Shown here: piece after piece, positions 59,501-64,000 of the stretch
How the letters are laid out: each line of letters starts with the position of its first letter
How positions within the stretch are numbered: position 1 is the stretch's first letter
NCBI GenBank assembly: GCA_021399345.1
Contig: JAAFKI010000124.1
Coordinates: 1 to 64,000 of the forward strand
Source of the DNA: Candidatus Heimdallarchaeota archaeon
GTDB taxonomy: Archaea; Asgardarchaeota; Heimdallarchaeia; Heimdallarchaeales; Heimdallarchaeaceae
Length of the DNA: 64,000 nt
Reading direction: 5' to 3'
Program-made: the position numbers and the translations under genes
The notes under the pieces: generated by a model
Told to the model about the DNA's origin: nothing
Database searches by the model: none
Seen by the model: the letters and a program-made list of their open reading frames with translations, nothing else

Positions 59501-60859
59501 ATGAAAGTTGTATATGTTGGACATGGTTCCTCTGGCTGGACATCAGCTACCACTCTCCGTGCATGGGATAGAAATGCAGAGATCACAATAATTGACAAGA
59601 AGAATTATGATGCATATCATCCTTGTGCTATGCCTTATGCAATTGGTGGATTGTGGGAAGATGAGAGTCTTCTAATCGAATCTTTAAATTACGATATGAT
59701 GAAGATAAACTTTTTGCGTCGTCATGAAGCTCTCAATATTGATCGCCAAAATAAGAAGGTAAATGTTAAAAATCTAGAAAATGATGAAGTTTTCGAAGTT
59801 GAGTATGATTATCTTGTTATTTGTATAGGTTCTAAAGCAAAATTTCCTCCAATTCCAGGAGCTGATGGAAAAAATGTTTATGCTCTAAAATGGATTGAAG
59901 ACTCTGCAAAAATACGAGAAGCTGCTGCGAAAGCTTCAAAAGCTGTCGTTTTAGGTGCTTCTGCAATAGGGCTTGAAGTTGCTACAGAACTCGCTCATAG
60001 AGGAATTGAAACCGCTGTTCTTGCTAGATCCAGACTCATGCGTTTACTAATAGATCCAGATTATGCAAATGAAACTGTAAAACTCCTAGAAGAGAAGCTC
60101 CCCAAGCTAAAATTCGTTATTGGAGTAGGGATAAATGAAATTGTTTTAGATGAAAATGGCATGGCAACAAAAGTTACAACTGATCAAGGAGATTTTGATT
60201 GTGATTTTGTTGTTGCAGCAACAGGTATTAGACCAGAAGTCACCTTAGCACAAGAAGCAGGATTAAAAATAGGTGAATCTGGTGCAATTGTAACTGATGA
60301 AGAATTGAAAACTTCTGACCCAAACATACTTGCAGTAGGTGATTGTGCTGAAACAATTCATTTAGTTTCAAAACAACCTATCAATTCAGCAATAGCAACT
60401 TGCTGTGTTAGAATGGCAAGAGTAGCAGCTATGACAATTGCAAAACCTGGAACTTTGAAGTTTCCAGGTACGATGAACAATTTCATAGTGCCATTTATTG
60501 ACCTTAGAGTTGGGTCTGTTGGACTAATTAAGAAAGCAGCAGAGGATGCAGGTTTTGAGGTAGTTATTGCCAAAATTAAGACACACAACAAACCTCTATA
60601 TATGCCAGATGCTGAAGAATTGTACTTCAAAATACTCGCCGATAAGAATACAGGAAAAATACTTGGTGCTCAAGCAATTGGACCAGATTCTATAACAGAT
60701 AATTTGAACGTAATTTCTTTGGGAATGCAAAACGAGATGACTTTTCTAGAACTACTTCAATCTGATTTGTGTTACGCTCCAGCAGTAAATGAGACGATTT
60801 ATCCAGTTACCCAAGCTTTAGAAATAATCTCAAGAAAAATGCTAAGAAGAAAAAAGTAG
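59501..60859 (+). CDS. NAD(P)H oxidase / CoA-disulfide reductase family flavoprotein
   Basis: GHGSSG, YHPCAMPY redox Cys, TSDPNILAVGD and LCYAP motifs. Confidence 0.9.
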   Translation: MKVVYVGHGSSGWTSATTLRAWDRNAEITIIDKKNYDAYHPCAMPYAIGGLWEDESLLIESLNYDMMKINFLRRHEALNIDRQNKKVNVKNLENDEVFEVEYDYLVICIGSKAKFPPIPGADGKNVYALKWIEDSAKIREAAAKASKAVVLGASAIGLEVATELAHRGIETAVLARSRLMRLLIDPDYANETVKLLEEKLPKLKFVIGVGINEIVLDENGMATKVTTDQGDFDCDFVVAATGIRPEVTLAQEAGLKIGESGAIVTDEELKTSDPNILAVGDCAETIHLVSKQPINSAIATCCVRMARVAAMTIAKPGTLKFPGTMNNFIVPFIDLRVGSVGLIKKAAEDAGFEVVIAKIKTHNKPLYMPDAEELYFKILADKNTGKILGAQAIGPDSITDNLNVISLGMQNEMTFLELLQSDLCYAPAVNETIYPVTQALEIISRKMLRRKK

Positions 60860-60988
60860 TTAAGGATAATGATGAGTAATTTAAGCTCATCTTCGCTTTT
60901 CTTCTCTCGCTATTCCATTTTAATATCAATTTTCTAGAACATTATATAAGTTAGAAAAACAATCATACTTTGTGTTTAGTGATTGAAG

Positions 60989-61948
60989 ATGAATAAATAT
61001 AAACCAGTTGATCCAATAAAATCACCTAGATTTTCAGGAATCCAAACATTCATGCGCTTACCTTTTATTAAAAAACTGGAAGGAGTAGATTTTGCAATAA
61101 TAGGTGTACCTTCAGATGCAGGAGCATCTTTTAGAACAGGACAAAGAGAAGGTCCAGCAGCAATTAGGAAAATATCAGCCTTGCTTAGGCACCACAATCC
61201 TATATTGGACATTAGTCCTTACGAATTTCTTTCAGGGATAGACTACGGAGATTTACCTGTCGTCCCAGGATACATCGAAGAAGGTTATAAGAGAATCGAA
61301 GAGAGTTTAGTACCAATTATAGAAGCAGGAATTATACCCATTCTACTTGGTGGTGACCATGCAATATCTTTACCAGAATTGAGGGCTATAACCAAGATTC
61401 ATGGTCCTGTTAGTTTAATACATTTTGATTCTCATAGTGATACAGTCGACGAATATTTTGGTAAGCCATATAATCATGGAACACCATTTAAAAGAGCAAT
61501 TGAAGAAAATCTTTTACTTGCTGATAATTCTATACAGATAGGATTAAGAGGATCAATTTATTCCTCAGAACATCTAGAAATCCCAAAGTCATTAGGATTT
61601 GATGTTGTAACAACAGAAGAGATTAGAGAAATAGGTTTGGATTCTTTAATAGAACGAATTAAAAAAAGGGTAGGAGAATCTAAAGTTTTTCTTACTTTTG
61701 ATATAGATTTTGTAGATCCTGCATATGCACCTGGAACGGGTACTCCTGAAATTGGTGGCTTTACTAGCGGAGAAACTTTGAAATTAATCAGAGGATTAAA
61801 GGATTTGAATTTCATAGGGTTTGATGTTGTAGAGGTTTTACCTGCATATGATCCTTCTGAAATTACTGCTCTTTTAGCAGCAAACATAGTTTATGAATTT
61901 ATTTCAATTATCGCCATTTTGAAAAAAAGAAAAATTAAAAAAAATTAA
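60989..61948 (+). CDS. speB: Ureohydrolase (agmatinase-like)
   Basis: GGDH, HFDSHSD, NHGTPF and TFDIDFVDP..APGTGTP motifs. Confidence 0.85.
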   Translation: MNKYKPVDPIKSPRFSGIQTFMRLPFIKKLEGVDFAIIGVPSDAGASFRTGQREGPAAIRKISALLRHHNPILDISPYEFLSGIDYGDLPVVPGYIEEGYKRIEESLVPIIEAGIIPILLGGDHAISLPELRAITKIHGPVSLIHFDSHSDTVDEYFGKPYNHGTPFKRAIEENLLLADNSIQIGLRGSIYSSEHLEIPKSLGFDVVTTEEIREIGLDSLIERIKKRVGESKVFLTFDIDFVDPAYAPGTGTPEIGGFTSGETLKLIRGLKDLNFIGFDVVEVLPAYDPSEITALLAANIVYEFISIIAILKKRKIKKN

Positions 61949-61950
61949 GC

Positions 61951-63591
61951 TTACCTTAATTTTCTTTTCTTTCTAAATCTTACAATAGTAACAGATGATA
62001 TTAAGATGATAACACCACCAATAGAAGCTGCATAGTAAATTATCTCATTATTCACATTATCAAATTTTACTAGGATTGATGTTTGATTGTTTAAACCAGC
62101 CTTATCTACTGCAACAGCTGTAATGTTGTGCATTCCTTCTGCATAGAGACTTGTATTGCATTCAAACCGAAGTTCAGAATATGGATAATAATCTGGCATA
62201 ACTAAACTTTTTACTAGCAATCCATCTATGTAGAGTTCAATGCTTTCCAATTCTTGATTATCATCACCTTTTGCAACTATTTCTACAATATCAGAGAGTG
62301 TATCGTCTGAATTTGGTTTTAGTATAACAATTGATGGAACTTCTATATCTGGAGGTGCCTCACCATCTGCATTAAATGAAAGAGAGGTTGATACGATGTC
62401 TGAAGCTAATCCATCAGCATCATATGCTAAAATATTAACCATAAATGAATCACCAAGAGCAAGACCATCGAACGCTACATCTCCTGAATAAATTCCGTTC
62501 ATTAAAGGATCTTCTAATTCAATCATTTTTATTGAAGCATCATTAATTGAGTACATATATCCATCCAGTGGATCATTGGGTTCCCAGCCTGAAGGTACAA
62601 ATCTTGCATAAACTTTACTTATTCCCGTAGAACTCCCAACTTCTACTTCAATATTTGCTACACTTGTAAAAAGATTCCAGATTTCATAAATAGGTAAAGG
62701 AACCATTTCGATTTGTATTTTAGGAAAACACACTATTGGTTTAGCCCATATCTTCACGTCTAATGCATCATTTCCATCTCCATCCACAGGTAAATAGCCA
62801 CTTGGAGCTACAGTGTGCCCTTGACTATCATGATTGTCATCTATCTGTGGTGCTTGGTGACTGCCAAGATTTCTTACATGAATAACAGCTTCTTCAAATG
62901 CAGTCCCAATTGTTAAGCAAGAAGCTACCGATGACCAAAAGGATTCTGAAAAAGCTCCGTTTGTTCTATCAGCATTGAAAGCTGCACCAGATAGTGTATG
63001 GGCTGATGTTACTATTATTCTATTATCTTTACTGTTTGGGTAAATAAATGAACCAGAATGGCATCCTTCAATTATAAGAATGATTCTTTTACATCCCGTA
63101 GTAATTTCAAAATTACGCAGATATGAATTCAGATCAGTATCCCATAAGGCATCACCAACCATCACTGCAAGAGCATCATAATCACCATGAGAAAAGAGGG
63201 CTATCCCTAAACTCTGGCTTGAATTTACATGCTGTGGTGCCCATTCTTCAATTGCCCATTTAAGATTAATCTTTGTTGAAGAAGTATTTACATAAGGTTG
63301 GCTTGGTCCAACTTCAGGACCCATATAGTAAATCTGCTCTGAAGTAAACCCATTACCTCTCAGAATTTCGTAAGTTATATTAACTGCACTTTGAATAGAA
63401 TCCATATCCTTATGATCCGACCTATCTCCTGCAAGAAGAATCCAAGCACTTTGAACTTCACTACTTGTAGGAACTTCCTTTATACCTAGGGAACAATCTT
63501 CAGAACGTACATTTGTTTGTAGACATGCTACAGAAAGAAAAGTGGTTAATAACAAAACTACTGATATAAGCTTTTTAGAGTTGTTTTTCAT
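61951..63591 (-). CDS. Secreted clan CD cysteine peptidase (C13/caspase-like) with Ig-like domain and TM anchor
   Basis: LFSHG and IEGCHSGSF His-Cys dyad; signal peptide; GMHNITAVAVDKAG Ig fold; TM followed by RKKRK. Confidence 0.82.
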   Translation of the reverse strand: MKNNSKKLISVVLLLTTFLSVACLQTNVRSEDCSLGIKEVPTSSEVQSAWILLAGDRSDHKDMDSIQSAVNITYEILRGNGFTSEQIYYMGPEVGPSQPYVNTSSTKINLKWAIEEWAPQHVNSSQSLGIALFSHGDYDALAVMVGDALWDTDLNSYLRNFEITTGCKRIILIIEGCHSGSFIYPNSKDNRIIVTSAHTLSGAAFNADRTNGAFSESFWSSVASCLTIGTAFEEAVIHVRNLGSHQAPQIDDNHDSQGHTVAPSGYLPVDGDGNDALDVKIWAKPIVCFPKIQIEMVPLPIYEIWNLFTSVANIEVEVGSSTGISKVYARFVPSGWEPNDPLDGYMYSINDASIKMIELEDPLMNGIYSGDVAFDGLALGDSFMVNILAYDADGLASDIVSTSLSFNADGEAPPDIEVPSIVILKPNSDDTLSDIVEIVAKGDDNQELESIELYIDGLLVKSLVMPDYYPYSELRFECNTSLYAEGMHNITAVAVDKAGLNNQTSILVKFDNVNNEIIYYAASIGGVIILISSVTIVRFRKKRKLR

Positions 63592-63749
63592 AATGTTCTA
63601 TTTTATTTCACTCCACTTACATCTAATAAATTTATCTGGAAGACTTTAAAAAAGAAGTTCCACAAAAATGAGGGATAAAATTCCTCTAATAAGAAAGTGA
63701 AATAGATTTGAATGGTAATAGTTTTTAATGCTTATCTATTCTTCAAATT

Positions 63750-64000
63750 ATGTCTAATAAAGATTTGATTAAGCAAGCTTTACATCTCATCGATAATTGG
63801 CTTGATTATCAAGTATATATCAAAGAGATACCAGGAATAGCTGTAGGTGTTTTTTTTGAAGATGAAATTATTTTCAAGAAAGAATACGGATATGCAAATT
63901 TGGAAGAAAAAATTAAACTTACTAATCAACATTTATTCCGTATTGCTTCTCATTCAAAATTATTCACTGCTACTGCAATAATGAAACTCTATCATAAAGA
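63750..64000 (+). CDS. Serine hydrolase (beta-lactamase/AmpC family), truncated by window end
   Basis: Own translation: MSNKDLIK...IPGIAVGV...YGYANLE...FRIASHSKLFTATAIM (SxxK). Confidence 0.88.
   Translation, partial: MSNKDLIKQALHLIDNWLDYQVYIKEIPGIAVGVFFEDEIIFKKEYGYANLEEKIKLTNQHLFRIASHSKLFTATAIMKLYHK

Noticed and set aside
80-61887. Numerous 60-140 aa antisense or alternate-frame ORFs in the track (e.g. 24321-24749, 26348-26674, 44354-44719, 47288-47671)
   Set aside because: They lie within well-supported genes, carry no motifs and show typical shadow-ORF composition

Overview
AT-rich, gene-dense archaeal chromosomal segment, most consistent with an Asgard archaeon (Heimdallarchaeia-like). 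Evidence: C1:G72 tRNA-Tyr with bulge-helix-bulge (BHB) introns, a Ras/Rab-like small GTPase, PAC2, a SAMP/MoaD, HEAT/TPR proteins, ADP-forming acyl-CoA ligases and frequent TTG/GTG starts. It holds about 55 CDS, mostly housekeeping or metabolic: acyl-CoA dehydrogenase, ArsR/ArsP/thioredoxin module, Xth, tungsten AOR plus 4Fe-4S partner, superoxide reductase, PurB, HutU, ureohydrolase, AlaX, NifU, PDO and parvulin. I saw no IS element, integrase or CRISPR array. The strongest candidate for an undescribed system is a translationally coupled three-gene operon at 21679-25417 (minus strand). It encodes a single-pass membrane protein ending in GGG-(CA)6-GGGR, a PqqD/RRE-radical SAM-SPASM enzyme and a SAM methyltransferase, i.e. 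a RiPP-like maturation system whose 'precursor peptide' would be the cytoplasmic tail of a membrane protein. Other highlights are a tRNA-Tyr with two introns (37/38 and T-loop 59/60), a nine-gene MoxR/DUF58 membrane and surface-protein operon, a SAMP with a capped GG-N terminus, and several micro-ORFs missed by the ORF track. All family calls come from motif recognition by eye; no database searches were run.
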